A stretch of 64,000 nt of DNA from the human T2T-CHM13v2.0 reference genome, Homo sapiens, in the NCBI RefSeq assembly GCF_009914755.1, contig NC_060935.1; one strand, given 5' to 3'. Made by a program: the position numbers and the translations under genes. Below, piece by piece: positions 19,307 through 54,619 of this stretch. Each line of letters begins with the position of its first letter. Positions within the stretch are counted from its first letter, which is position 1. The notes beneath the pieces were generated by a model. The model was not told where the DNA came from, made no database searches, and was given only the letters and a program-made list of their open reading frames with translations.

Positions 19307-20661
19307 TCATTGCTTAATTTGATATTAAGTCCACTCGCTATTCGTCGATGGGTGAACCTCCTGCTATGCACCTGATGGGAGCCTGACCTCCTGCTATGCA
19401 CCGCCGTAAGCTCCCAGCCAAATAAATCAAAGCTAATTAAAAACGCAAAGGGATGCTCATTTGCAAAGAAATGACCTCCAGCTACTTGTTGCACCAGTCA
19501 GAGGCCGTCTCAGTCCAACCCAATTAGCACTTTCCCAAGAGATTCCTTTGACCCTGCTCCCACCACAACAGCAGGCTGTAGTTCCAGCCCCAGCAAAACT
19601 ACCCAGAAGCCTTTGAAAGGCAGAGTCTCAAGCGCAATGTTGACCATTTTACCTAACCCTTATCCCTTAAGAACAAATTCAGTGAGTCTACATCAAACAA
19701 AACAACAGCCAAATGGATGATGTTGCCATTTATAAGCTCTGACTAATGCAGCTCCTGATTTCCCTTCCAAATTAAATGCCTTTCGCTTAGTACATTTTCA
19801 ACAGACGTTACTCATCTGCTCTATTAATGAGTTTGCTGCGAAAGCGTACTTTGGTAGCAATTTGAAACAAAAGCACCTTAACGTGACTGAGGCTTTGCTT
19901 CCCGTTCTCTTTCCATCTCAGCCTCTCTTCCTCCCTCTCCCTCCCCAGGGCAAATGCATCACTGATGTAAGGGTGGGGAAGCTGGAGTCGCCAAGGGTTC
20001 TCTTCTGTGTCACTACACTACATTAGGAATAAAACCTTCCACTTAAACACTTAAATGAAAACATCGAGAAACTAATTTACTATTTGCAATCACATGACTT
20101 AAACCGAAGCTGCCTTAATTTCCTTCCCATTTTGCTTCAAATTCAATGTGAGCGCACCCTAGATTGGTCTATGAAAAGGCTGTCTTCGAATCACAACACT
20201 TAAAGCCTCTTTCATTTTCTTTTTGATTAAATAATTGAAATTCCTGTCAGGGCCTGCACTTTACTGACGCACAGATTTGGTGTGTGAGGATAAAGACCAC
20301 TTTTTGTTTGCTGCCTGGGTCTTAAAAGCCAGTGGGCTTTACTTCGTTGAGGGGCTGATCAAAATGTACCCATGCTATTCACCCATTTCGCAGAAATTTC
20401 CTGCATGCATTAAGCGATTGTTTGAAGACAAATTATGAAAAGCATGTCCTCTCATTTAGCCATCCTTGTTCACCTGGAGGCTCCTGCCTGCTGAAAGGAG
20501 CCCAGCGACTCCAACACCAACGTCATTCATTAGGAAAACAAAACCGAAGACTCGCATGCACGTATATGTACACACACAAAATGCACAAATAGTGGGAAGA
20601 ATTATTGTAAGTCTTAAGTCACAGGAAATTTGATTTGCTTCAACTAAAACACCCGAGGATA

Positions 20662-23506
<2,845 letters not shown>

Positions 23507-24219
23507 ACTCTTACCTCTTTCTTGAGCTCTTTCTCTGGTATAATCTCTCAGTGTTTGAACATTTTATTTCCATTTCTAAGCCTGCTGGGCAGCTCAGGAA
23601 GGAAGAGTTATTAGCCATGCAAACTTGTTGCCCTGAACTCCCAGGGGCACATACTTTGGGCAAAATGGGAAGGGTGATTTTGAAGAGTTGGAACTCAAAT
23701 AATCTAGGGGGAAATCCAAGCAAGGTTGCTCTTGTGGGGCCATGGAGAATATACTTCTGGCCTTTACTACTCTGAACAGGCATTACTCTGAGTTGTCCAA
23801 TGAGCAGATCCATGGATAGAGGCAGAAGAGCTGGGTTTTGGTCCTCAAGCCATTGCTGCCTTCCCAGGTGACCTCCTGCAGCTCAGTTTCCCTCTGTGTG
23901 GAATGAACTTAGCCTCCCAGGCCTGCTAATGAGCTGCAATGATTGCCAGATCAAAGGGTGTTTGGGAACATTTCCAGCCTTACCAGTGAGGTGGAGAAAA
24001 AGCAGGCAAAGCAAGGTGATTTAGAAAATGCCACTTTACCTGTTGAACCAAAGAGCCAGAAGTGGAACTCACAGAAATACAACTGAGATTACCCCGAGGT
24101 GCACAGTAAATAGTACAATTCATTTCTCACCTAGGCCACCAACTCTTGTCCCTAGGAGAATCCAGATTGCATCCAAATTTTGTTCTGATTTCCTTCCATC
24201 TGTGATAACTTCGTTGTTC

Positions 24220-24291
24220 TGAAATACAACGATGGTTTTTCATATCATTGGTCGTGGTTGTAGCCCGTGCGAGAATAATGATGTATGCTTT
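24220..24291 (+). pseudogene. 72-bp NUMT: 3' 58 nt of mitochondrial tRNA-Glu (MT-TE) plus the first 14 nt of MT-ND6
   Basis: TGAAATACAACGATGGTTTTTCATATCATTGGTCGTGGTTGTAGCCCGTGCGAGAATA-ATGATGTATGCTTT matches recalled human mtDNA ~14660-14731 in tRNA/ND6 sense orientation. Anticodon TTC at 24239-24241; ND6 starts MMYA at 24278. Confidence 0.93.
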
Positions 24292-24839
24292 CCCTGGAAA
24301 TCAGCTAGATCCAGAGTTCCCAAATGGTGGTCTATGGACCAATGCTGACACATGACAAGGTTTTTATTAATTAAATGAGAACAATAAGGACACTGTAAAG
24401 AATCTCTCGAGTTTAATTTATTTCATTTAAAGGGCTTTTCTTCTGAGATGATAGTGTTGGAATGTAAGCTCCAAGAGGGTAAGGACTTTGATGATATTCT
24501 TGTTCTCTGTTTTCCAATACCCAGAAGAATACCTGTATGTAAGAGGCACTCAATCAATATTTGTTGAATGAATGAAGGAAAAATTATTTCCTTTCTATTT
24601 TCCTGGATTAAAATATCCTTTTTTTAATGAAATGGTATTGAAAGTAAATGGTAGGAGGTTTTGAAAACTTTTTTTCTATGGAAAAATAAAAGTATATAAT
24701 TATTTTTAAAAGGTTATTGATCTTTAATGTCTAAGTTTGAGAATTTCTAGACCAGATGATCCATTAAGGACCATTTCATCTTATGATCCATCAGACATAG
24801 GGTGGGAACACGTTCAAAGCCCTTTAGTTAAATCATAGC

Positions 24840-36198
<11,359 letters not shown>

Positions 36199-37879
36199 GC
36201 TCCAAAACCCAAATGTCATTCACCACCTGCTGGCTGGTGCCTAAAGTCTACACAGTTAGAGTGTAGGTTTTGGTTCAAGTCCTGCTCCCCTACTCACTAG
36301 CAGTGCAGTTTGAGGTAAGTCTCTTAACTTGAGATTCTATTTCCCATCTTTAAAATGGAGATGGTGGAGATAACATACTCCTCTTAAGGACATTGAGAGG
36401 ATCAAATATGAGAATACATATAAACTGCTTAGGATAGTGCCTGCTACACAGTAAATGTCAATAAATATTAGAATTAATGGTATGGCCACCACAGCTTCAT
36501 CTCATTGCCAAAGGTTTTGTCCATTTGTTCACACCAAGGGAAAGATAACCTAGTGGTTATAGTCTGCCATTTACCCCACAGTGAGAATGACTCTTTGATT
36601 CCACCCTATCAGAGGCAGGAACCTGAAAGCAGAAATGACTAAGACATGATTCCTGTCTTCCAAGAACATTCGATCTGGTCCAGTGAATCCAGTCCCTAAT
36701 GGCTAATAACAGTGCAAGGATTTCCCATTTACAAAGCACTTTCTCATATACCATTCTGTGCGTCTTCACAGCTCCGTAAGAGAGAGATGTTACCAGCCCA
36801 CTTTGGAATTGATGAAACAGGTTTATTTAGGGTATGTGCCTCACAAAGGTCACAGAGCTAGTGAGTAGCTAGGTCAGGATCAGAATGTGTGTCCTGTTCA
36901 CAAGGCCATTCCTGTGGGACCTGAGAGAATGGATTTTGATAGGTGGAAGGGGACCAAGGACCTGGGATTCCTGAGGAAGCTCAGAGAGTAGATGAAGGAG
37001 TAAGCTGGATGCAAGTAACAACTTCCTCCTCCTCTGTCCCACCAGCAGTGGAAGGCAAGTGACAGTTATGAGAGAAATGGTGGGGTGGCGGGGAGAGCTC
37101 CCTGGGGAGAGGTCTTGTCTGCAGGAGTCTCCTTTGATTACTGGCCCCTCCCCACCCCTCCCACTGTTTTCTCACTGCCCCAGTTTTATCAAAGGGCAAT
37201 TAAGCCTCTTTTTCTCAACTGTCTAAGGGGGCTACATGTGTCACTCAGGTCTTTTCTTTTCAGTTCTGCTGCCTTCTCCTTTTTTTTCCAACTAATGTGT
37301 CCTCTTATAATTAGAGTTTTACAGTCACTTGTAATTAGGCCCATTTAGTGCTTCAGAGTAGGAGACTTTTAACCTATTTCACCTTGTAATTAGGGACCTC
37401 CACCCAGGTATACACACCCAGGAAGCAGATACGGATAAAGGGAGAGGGTAGGGGCTGGGTCAAAGGCACACATGGATATATGTACACACAAGCACACACA
37501 TACACACAAGACTGCATGCTCGTTGGGTCTGTGCGGGGGATGTCTGTGAGTGCAGCAGATGCACCGTTGCCTTTGTACAAATGCTGCAGCCATGTGGTTG
37601 TAAGGAGAGCGTTTGGTTGTAGGTTCCAGTATACTCGGGAACAGAAGGCGAGTACGGAGCGAGTTCTAGCTGCATGTGAATGTGTTAAGGGAGGGAGCAG
37701 GCGAGCTGAAAATCGGTCAGCTCCTATCATCTCCATCCAAGGAAGGAATTTTTATTTTTAACAGATAATACATGGCACGTGGTTCCCAATTCAAAAGGTA
37801 CAAAAAGCTATACAGTAAAAAGAGCTCTCCCTCCTCCCCATCCCCAACCATCCAATTCTCTTCTCAAAAGGCAATTTTG

Positions 37880-40235
<2,356 letters not shown>

Positions 40236-41114
40236 GTCAATCTTAGGTAACAAGACAAAGGCAATCTTTATTACCAGAGATATTCTAAACATAGTTTTCC
40301 TAACAGTTTGAAACCTTTTGCTTTTTTCATTTAAAAATATATCTGTTGTCTGTTATTGATAACAGTCTTGGTCAGTGTTCCACATCTGTCTATAGAGAGC
40401 TTTTCTCTATCTTTTTAATGCCTGTATCATGTTTTGTGTTCATACCACTATTGCTTAATTTACAACACTCTTGTGAAGTAAAAATGTTTTTTCTCATTTT
40501 AAGAAATACATTTTTCTCTCTTTTTCTTTTCTTTTCTTTCTTTCTTTTTTTTTTTTTTTTCTTTTTGAGATGGAGTCTTGCTCTGTTGCCCAGGCTGGAG
40601 TGCAGTGGTGTGATTTCGGCTCATTGAAACCTCTGCCTCCCGGGTTCAATTGATTCTCCTGCCTCAGCCTCTGGAGTAGCTGGGACTACAGGCGTGTGCC
40701 ACCACACCTGGCTATTTTTTTTTTTTTTAGCAGAGATGAGGTTTCACCATGTTGGGCCAGGCTGGTCTTAAACTCCTGACCTCAGGTGATCCACCCACTT
40801 CACCCTCCCAAAGTGTTGGATTTACAAGCATGAGCCACTGCACCCGCCTTCTCTCATTTTTATGCTAAGGAAACTGAAGCATGTTCAGAGCAACTCAGGC
40901 AAGTCTAGACCCTGAGAAGCTCAGGCAGGAATTCCAGCAAGGACTTAGGGCAGGAGGGAAAGGTAGTTAGGTAAAGGATCTGCCTTAGTGAGGACAGGGC
41001 TGCAGGTGTGGTTGGAATTCTGAGACGCCAGACATCAGAGGTGCCTGAAATTTCCCTGCTTGGCTATAATGCCCTAGGGTGCCCAATCAGTCTGTAAACA
41101 CTTACTGAGCGCTT

Positions 41115-42392
<1,278 letters not shown>

Positions 42393-42881
42393 TCATTTTT
42401 GCTATCCTGGCTGGCCATTTAATACCATTAATTCAGCAAACACTTATTAAGTCTCCACAATTTTGTGCTGAGTGCCTAAAATCACGTAAACATGAATCAA
42501 CTAGGTACTCAATAAATATTTGTTGGCTGATTTTCCAGATGTTGGAGACATAAAATTAATTAGACATGGACTCTGCTCTCAAGGATCTTAAAAGTAAATA
42601 TGTAGTGAAAGACTGATGACCAGCACATAAATAATACAGTTAAAAAAGCAATAAGGGCCAAAAGGAGGGGAATTCAGAAGAAAGAAAAAAATCTTTTAAT
42701 TTAGAAAGACTCAAATCAAGGGAAACATCCTTGAGTAAGTGGCATTTGAGTGGGTTTTGTAAGAAAAAAATTAGGATTTAGTTATGCAGAGGTGATGGAG
42801 AACAGGGGTAGTGGCTAATATTTCAAACAGATAGAAGAGCATGAGTGAGGCTGTGCACGGTGGCTCACAACTGTAATCCTA

Positions 42882-43187
<306 letters not shown>

Positions 43188-43772
43188 CTACAAACTGCAC
43201 ACTAGGAGCTTTCTGAACACTTTCAATGCCCAGAGGTATTTTGTTTGGTCTTTTCAATCTTTTTTTAAAAATTTAAATTTGAATGCATTTCATAGAGCAT
43301 GCATTTTGTAATTCTAGTTTAGTCGATACAAGATCCTGTTGTCCTAAACCCCTCTTCAGCCTCTTCATAGATTTATGGTATCCACCTGGCATCTGAGGGA
43401 TTTGTGTTTGAGAGCATGGAGTTCAATCCGTTTGTTTTACACATAAGAAAACTGAAGCTCCAAAAAAGCTAAATGACTCAAGGAAGTACTGAGAGTCAGT
43501 GGTGGAGTTTCTACCTGGATTCCAGCCTCTTGATGTCCTGTCTGAGCTTCTTTTGCAGAGGCTGATAGACCAAGGAGCTCAGTCACTCTTAGATAAACCC
43601 GCTTTGGCTATCAACAAATATGTATGTTTGTTTTTCCTTGAGAGAAGTTTTATAAAGGAAGATGGAAGGAGTTCAAGATTCCTAGGCAAAGAAGAGGACA
43701 GAGGCTGAAATGTGCTTCCTTTTTTTCATTTTGCTTGGACCTAAATGGCAGGAAATTTCTTAACTAAAATTA

Positions 43773-44345
<573 letters not shown>

Positions 44346-44614
44346 TCAGTGGAGGTGGGTTAGAGTGAAGTTCAGGACTTTTAAAGCACTTGTGAGAATG
44401 TCTTCCCACAGGACTAAGGAAACAGGTGATACAGAAACAGATAAGGACATCCGGTGAAAGGAGTAAGGTAGGAAGAGATGAGGGTTCTAACCCTCCTACA
44501 GGCTTGGGAGTACTTAGCCTGGAGATATTTCTCCAAGCCTTCAAGTTGTCTGCAAGACAGTTCCATATATATGGTGTTTTTCAATATATTTTTACAAATA
44601 CTATTTATGTTTTA

Positions 44615-44848
<234 letters not shown>

Positions 44849-45166
44849 TTATAACATAACCACAATAAAAGAGGTGAGAAAAAAGAATTAAGTAACTTTG
44901 GACTGTTATTTAACTATGTACTCTAAACGCAAAGAGCACACAAATTTTACTGTATTTAATAAATTTGTTTTTCACAAGGCTGTAGGTTGGAAATTCTAAA
45001 ACTGTTTTATGTGTAATCTAGTGTTGAACAAATAAGTAAATACATTGTGAATAATAACCACCGAATTTTTTACTGTCAGAGAAAGGAATTAAAAACAAGA
45101 AAGGGAAATAATAGAATGAACCCTGAGAGCTGGAATGGAACTGGAGGTATCAATATAAAATAATAG

Positions 45167-45418
<252 letters not shown>

Positions 45419-45585
45419 TGATCCGCCCACCGCGGACTCCCAAAGTGCTGGGATTAAAGGCGTGAGCCACTGCACCCGGCAAAGTCATAGTTTTTAATAG
45501 AGAGACAGGGAAATAAGTAAAGACATGTTTAAGTGTACACATACGTATATTTCCTAGCCCTGATCACTGAGGGAGGAAACAATGA

Positions 45586-45922
<337 letters not shown>

Positions 45923-46758
45923 TAGCTGATTATACGGCTGGGGCAGGGAAGAACAGAATGAACTTAGGACATCTTGTGGAGCTAGTAACTAAGGAAGTGC
46001 TCAAAAAATGATGGACACATGTTGAAATGACACAAGCCAACTTGGTAAGACTCCTAGATCTGGGACAATCTGAACAACAAAAATGTTTAAAAGATAATAA
46101 TGTTCACTCACAGATTAAAAGCAATATTCATGAGCCCATACTTATTTAAATAAAAAATTGAATAAACAAATAAATGAGGAAGAAAGGAAAGTTCTTTCTT
46201 ACTGTAATACTCCAATTAATAAATGCAGAAGGAGTGATGCAAATAGCAAGTCACCAATGGCAAAGATCACAGTAAAAATTGTTTTTCAAGAACGTATCAG
46301 TGGATGCTAAAATTCATGGATGAAATTATTACCAGAAACATGATATTTATTTAGTCTCTAAGTATTTTTCCATGAGATGCCTATTAATTACAGTGAGAAA
46401 TGTCATAACTTCACAATGTAGAAATGTGGCATATATAGCCTTAACCAAGATTAAAGCTTATTGTGTGCTTCCTGATATGATGCACTGAGAAGGACATGGC
46501 ATCCCTTATGTGGTATCCTTACCAAAAATGCATAACCTGAATTTAATGTCTGCAAGGAATGCAGACATACCCAAATGGAGGGATGTTCCACAAAATAACT
46601 GACAGCTGCTCTTCAAAGGTGTCAAGGTTGGAAAAGATAAAGAAAAACTGAGACATCGTCCCAGCTTAAAACAGGCTAATAAATAAAGGCAATGTGTAAT
46701 CCTGGTTTGGATCATGGATCATAAAAAGGACAGTATTGAGTCCAGATGCAGTGGCTCA

Positions 46759-47118
<360 letters not shown>

Positions 47119-49536
47119 TTATTATATCATATGTTAACATTTGGAGAAGTTAGGTAAAGAGGATATAGAAATTCTTTGTACTATTTTTGTAAATCTTACA
47201 TAATTTACAATAAAAAGTTGTAAAAAACTAAGCAAGAATTATGAACCATCCACTGTGTATAAGGCACTTTAACCAGAATATAATTTCTCAAGAAATATGT
47301 ATCCTGTACGTTAGAGAACTTTTAACATAATATCAATTAATCAGAACATTGTCCTTCTATGAGCTAGAAATCCAATAACTTTCTTCTTGTACATCTCACA
47401 TATCTCTATCTTAATTAATTAATTAGTTTGTTCATTCTTCTTTTTAATTAAAAAACTATGGGCTAGGCCTCATGCTGGGAACACAATAATGAAAAAGCCA
47501 GACATAATTCCTACCTCCCATAAACTAAAAGTCACATGGAGATATAATTAAAGAGTCAATTACAGTGTATAATAAGTGCCAAGATGTGTTAAGCAATTTC
47601 AGGCCACAGAACATGGCAGTTAGCACAAATTCTAGAGCCATATTGTCTGGGTTCAAATCCGTGCTCCATCACCAGCTGTGTGACTTTGGGAAAGTTACTT
47701 AACCTCTCTATGCCTCAATTTTCTCATCTGTACAATAAGAATAATAATAGTATCTACATCATATGGTTGTTGTGAAAATTAAAGGAGTTAATTTTATAAC
47801 GTTGCACTTAGAATGGTGCCTGGTGAATCGCTTGAGCTCAGGAGTTTGAGACCAGCGTGGACAACATGGTAAAACCATGTCTCTACAGTAAAATAAAAAA
47901 AAAAAAATTAGCTGAGCATGGTGGCATGCACTATAGTCCCAGCTACCTGGGAGGCTAAGGCTGGGGGACCAATTGAGCCTGAGAAGTCAAGGCTGCAGTG
48001 AGCCATGATAACATCACTGCACTCCAGCCTGGGTGGCAGAGCGAGACCCTGTCTCAAACAAAAAAAGGTGCCTGGCACGCAGTAAGTCTAGGAAATGAAT
48101 GGGCACACACCTGTTGCGGGGGCAGGGCTCTACTGTGTGAAGACGGGGAGTATTTAAGAAAAAAGCTTCCAGAACAAGTGGCATGTGAGCTGAGACCCAA
48201 AAGGCAGAACAATCAGGCTTTGCAAAAGCCTGGAATTGAGACAGGGCAAAGAGATTTGCAAAACTGAAAGAGTTCGTGGCCCAAGTGATGAGTGGTGAGA
48301 AATGAAGTCAGAGATTAGTAGGGACCAGATCATACAGGGCCTTTTCAGTGGAGTGAAAGAGCCTGGACTTCACCTTTAAGGCTGTGGAAGCCGTGGTGAG
48401 ATGGAGGCAGGAGGAGCATCTCAATGGCCCTTCAGAAAGATTTCTAAGGCAGCAAAGTGGAGATTTATAGAGGAGATTCACAGCAGGCCACACTGGAGCC
48501 AGAAGAGGCGGGAGGCTTTTGTGGTGATCCAAAGAGGAGATGGTAACGTGCTGGACAAAGAGAAGTGGACAGATTGGAAAGATCCTTAGAAGGTTGAATC
48601 CTTTTGCTTTCCACTAAGATATGAGCACTATGAGAAGAGAATTTTTCAACAGCTTTATTGAGATGTTAGGCACGTACCATACAATTCACCCCTTTAAAAT
48701 GTACAGTTGAATAGCGTTTAGTATATCCACAGCTGAGCATCCATTGCCAAAATAGATTTTAGAACATTTCTGTCAACCAGGCAAAATCCCATATCCATTA
48801 GTAGTCACTCCATATTTCTCCCCAAACTCCCTCCCCCAAGCCCTAGGCAACCACCTGTCTGCTTTCTATTTCTATAGATTTGCCTATAGACATTTCATAG
48901 AAATAGAATCATACAATATGGTCTTTTGTGACTGGCTTCTTTCACTTGGCATAATGTTTTCAAGGTTCTTCTATGTTGCAACATGTATCAGTACTTCATT
49001 ACTTTATGGCTGACTAATATACCGTTATATGGATATGCCACATTTTATTTATCCATTCAATAGTTGGACATTTGGAGCGTTGATACTTTTTGGCTATTAT
49101 GAAGAACACTGCTATGAACATTCATGTATGCATTTTTGTGTGGATGTGTGTTTTCATTTCTCTTGGTACATACCTGGGAGTGGAATTTCTAGGTCATATG
49201 GTAACGCTATGTTTAACTTTTTGAGGAATCGCAAAGCGACTGCACTATTTTACATTCCTACCAACAGTGTATGAGGAGTTCAAATGTTTAATATCTTTGC
49301 TAACACTTATTATTAGTAGTCTTTTTTACTGTAGCCATCTTGATTGGTGTGTAATGGTACTTCATTGTTGTTTTGGGTTGCAATTCCCTTATGGCCAATG
49401 ATATTAAACATCTTTTCATATGCTTGTTTTGAAGCCTGCCACCTGGGTTCAAGCGATTCCCCTGCCTCAGCCTCCTGAGTAGCTGGGACTACAGGCACCC
49501 ACCACCACACCTGGCTTATTTTTGTATTTTTAGTAG

Positions 49537-49674
<138 letters not shown>

Positions 49675-49835
49675 TGAAGGAGAGCAACTGGTAATTACTG
49701 TGCCTCTGCTGTGTGTCAAGAGCTTTCATAAATGACCTATCATTTATTCTCTTCAATCACCTTGTTTCTACAGCACGTCCCTGATGAGCCAGTTTGATCA
49801 CAGACAAAATGGAAATTATACTTCATGCTAAATGA

Positions 49836-50321
<486 letters not shown>

Positions 50322-52511
50322 TAGAACTAACGCCATTTCCATAATCAAGTGAATTTGAGTTTACAGTTTCAGAAATACACACGACCTAGAATAAATGTCT
50401 CTGTGTCTTTCTTTCTGTGTTTCCACCTGCCTGTTACTTCCTGTAATATCAGCTGAAAGGACACAAATGTCACTTCATAGACAACTCTTACAGAGGCTCC
50501 TCAACTTCTTCCTAACATTAAGCACAGCTCGACACAAAACCAAGGGAAACTGGGCAAATTTTATTACTGGACAAATTTTATTCACTGCCCATTTTTCCAT
50601 TTCCTGAGGCCCACTGGTATTTAAATGGGGTCAACTCTGATTACCTTTAGGCATATGGATGCAGGGCTAATTTTCTGAACTTATTTTCAGCATAATAGGG
50701 CATTCTCATTTCAAACAAAAAAACCCCATCATGCTTTCTTCACCTGCTCAAAGATGCAGCCCCACCATCCCCATCTCCCTAAAAGCTTTCTGCAGCCCAC
50801 TAAAAATATCCAATGTTGACAGATGTAAGCTATCAATACAGAGACTCAAGATCCCAGGGTGAGAAGTGGCCAGAGGCGAAGTCTTGATAAACAGCTCAAA
50901 TTGGCTCTTACTCCACAGGTGACGCCTAGTTTATCTGGGTAATTGTAAAAGGCATTTTTACAGCAAATCAATTAAATGAAAATCTTTTAAACCCTTTTTA
51001 AATGGGGGGAGGAAGGGGAGGGTGAAGAGGGCCAACCTTTGTAAGCTAACAGGTGATTTTAATTGGAACCAGCAGCGTTATACCATGTTTTTGACCCATT
51101 CGGTAAAGGCAGAAAAAGAAATCAATAAATTTCCATCAGCATTTGCCCTCCTGGAGTCGTATAAGTAGAATGGAGACACGAACCCCAGTTAATGGCTTCA
51201 TCAAGCACCTCACTGATTCTCTAACAGAATTAAATAGGTTGCAGGTCTCTCCCCATTGTCCTCTGCATTGAGATTCAAAAATGCCCTAGTCTGCTGGGTG
51301 CTCCTAGGTGACACATGAGTTACCATCCGCCTCATTACAAGTACAGCTAACCACCCTCAGGCCCAATCATGACAGACCTCCTGAAGCAGTCCTGTCTCAG
51401 AGATGGGAATCCACACACTGACCCTTTATTAAAAGCAAAACACAGGAGCTCCAAGTTTTACTCCTGGAAATAGATCTATGGAGAATCCACAGGGCCTAAC
51501 AGTTGGGCAGCTTGACTTCAGTCACATATTAGTTGTGTAACCTTGGGTAAATTGCTTAAACTTTCTAATCTGCCATTCCCTCATCTTTATACAGGGGAAT
51601 AATGATGCTAACCCTCATTGGCTAGTTTTGAGATTAAATGTTGTGTGTCAATATACTTAAAGGTACATCCAAAGATTTGAATAGGCAGTTTACAGCAGAA
51701 AAAAATTAAAATGGCATCCAACACATGAGAAGATATACTGTTTCACTCATAATAAGAGCAATGCAAAATAAAACCATACTGAGATGCTACTTTTCATCTG
51801 TCACTGGCAAAAATCCCATGATTTGAGAGTATATTCTATTGATGAAGTGACGGGGAAACGGGCACTCATTCATTGTTGAAGACTCAAAACAGGATCACCT
51901 TATTAGAGTGGAATTTGTAAATATCTGAAAAAATTATATATGCATTTACCCATTGAGCCAGAAATCTAGGAATCTATCCCAAGATACAGGAGCAAAAATT
52001 CAAAATGACTTATACGCTCGGTAAATCTCTGTGCCATTATTTATAATTGCAAATGTATGGAAATAATTCAAATGTCTATCAACAACTAGTTGAATAAAAT
52101 ATGGTTACATGGATGCAATGGAATACTCTGAAGCTGTAAAAGGTAATGAGATAGAGCTGTGTATGCTGATGGAGAGTGGTATCTGGGATATATTAAGTGA
52201 AAAAAAGATGTGGAATATATATAGAGAGAGACAGAATCATACCTTTTGTGTAAAAAAGAGAAAACAAGTGTAAATATACATATGTGTTTGCTTATATTTG
52301 CAAAAAGAAACGTTGGAAAAATTTTTAAAAACTAATAAAAGTTGAGGAGGATCAGCAGGAACATAAAAGCAAGATTTCTTTTTTTTTTTTTTTTTTTGAG
52401 ACAGAGTCTCACTCTGTCACCCAGGCTGGAGTACCACGCAATCTTGGCTCACTGCAACCTCCGCCTCCCAGGCTCACGTGATTCTCCTGCCTCAACCTCC
52501 CGAGTAGCTGA

Positions 52512-52766
<255 letters not shown>

Positions 52767-52841
52767 TAATCCCTAAACATTAAAAATGAAAAAAAAATTT
52801 ACTATGAATTAGTTGGATATGTAAACCCCCAGGGAAAATAG

Positions 52842-53124
<283 letters not shown>

Positions 53125-53363
53125 TGATCCGCCCGCCTCGGCCTCCCAAAGCGCTGGGCTCGGCCTCCCAAAGCGCTGGGATTACAGGCGTGAGCCACCG
53201 CGCACAGCAATAGAGGAATATATTCTAAACACAAATGAGGCGAGGTGTGGTGACTTGTACCTGTAATCCCAGCCCTTTCTCATAATGAGGCAAGAGGATC
53301 ACTTGCTTGAGGCCAGGAGTTCAAGACTAGCCTGGGCAACAGCCAAGACCACAGTCTCTACAA

Positions 53364-53415
<52 letters not shown>

Positions 53416-53724
53416 TAGCCAGTCAGGGTGGCTGAGGTGGGAGAATCATTTGAGCCCAACAGTTTGAGGCTGCAGTAAGCTGTGATTGCACGACTGCACT
53501 CCAGCATGGCCAACAGAATGAGACCCTGACTCTTAAAAAAAAAATTTTAGGCCAGGTGCTATGGCTCACGGCTGTAATCTCAGCATTTTGGGAGGCCGAG
53601 GCAGGCAGATCACCTGAGGTTAGGAGTTGGAGACCAGCCTGACCAACATGGAGAAACTCCGTCTCTACTAAAAATACAAAATTAGCCGGGCATGGTTATA
53701 CATACCTGTAATCCCAGCTACTCA

Positions 53725-53829
<105 letters not shown>

Positions 53830-53979
53830 TCAAAAAAAAAAAAAAAAAATTTAGACTTTATTTGGTAGCTTAATTGTAGTCATAATATTTGTTTTATTAC
53901 TTTAAAACTATTTTATGGCCAGGCGAGCTGGCTTCTGCCTGTAATCCCAGCACTTTGGGAGGCCGAGGTGGGTGGATCA

Positions 53980-54213
<234 letters not shown>

Positions 54214-54619
54214 CTATTTTACATATTGTAGACTAATGCAGTAAGTAGTAACAATGTCAGGAACCAAGATTTTCAATGTAAGAAAAAAGACATAAAGGAT
54301 AAATTTTAAAATGTTAAGTAAAGATCTTGGCAAATAAAAAGAGATGATGTGGTAAAACTTAACTTTTTGTTTTTGTTTTTGTTTTTTGGAAAGAGACTCT
54401 CCACATGGGGAGGGTGCCGGACCAAGGGGTCCAGAACACCCTGAGTTTCTTCCTTTGGCTTGGGGCTCTCTTAGATGGTCTTAGCTACAAGCAACAGAAA
54501 TAGGTACTCGTTGACTTGAGGGGAAAAAAATGACTCGTTAGGAAAAACAACCTGTTAGGAGCGTAGCCAGAGAATCAAAGGAAGTGCCAAACTATCACCC
54601 GCCGCGGGAGGGCCCTGCG

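Noticed and set aside
24220-24277. Functional nuclear tRNA-Glu gene
   Set aside because: Lacks the first ~11 nt (5' acceptor strand incomplete) and is a mitochondrial-type tRNA without nuclear Pol III context.
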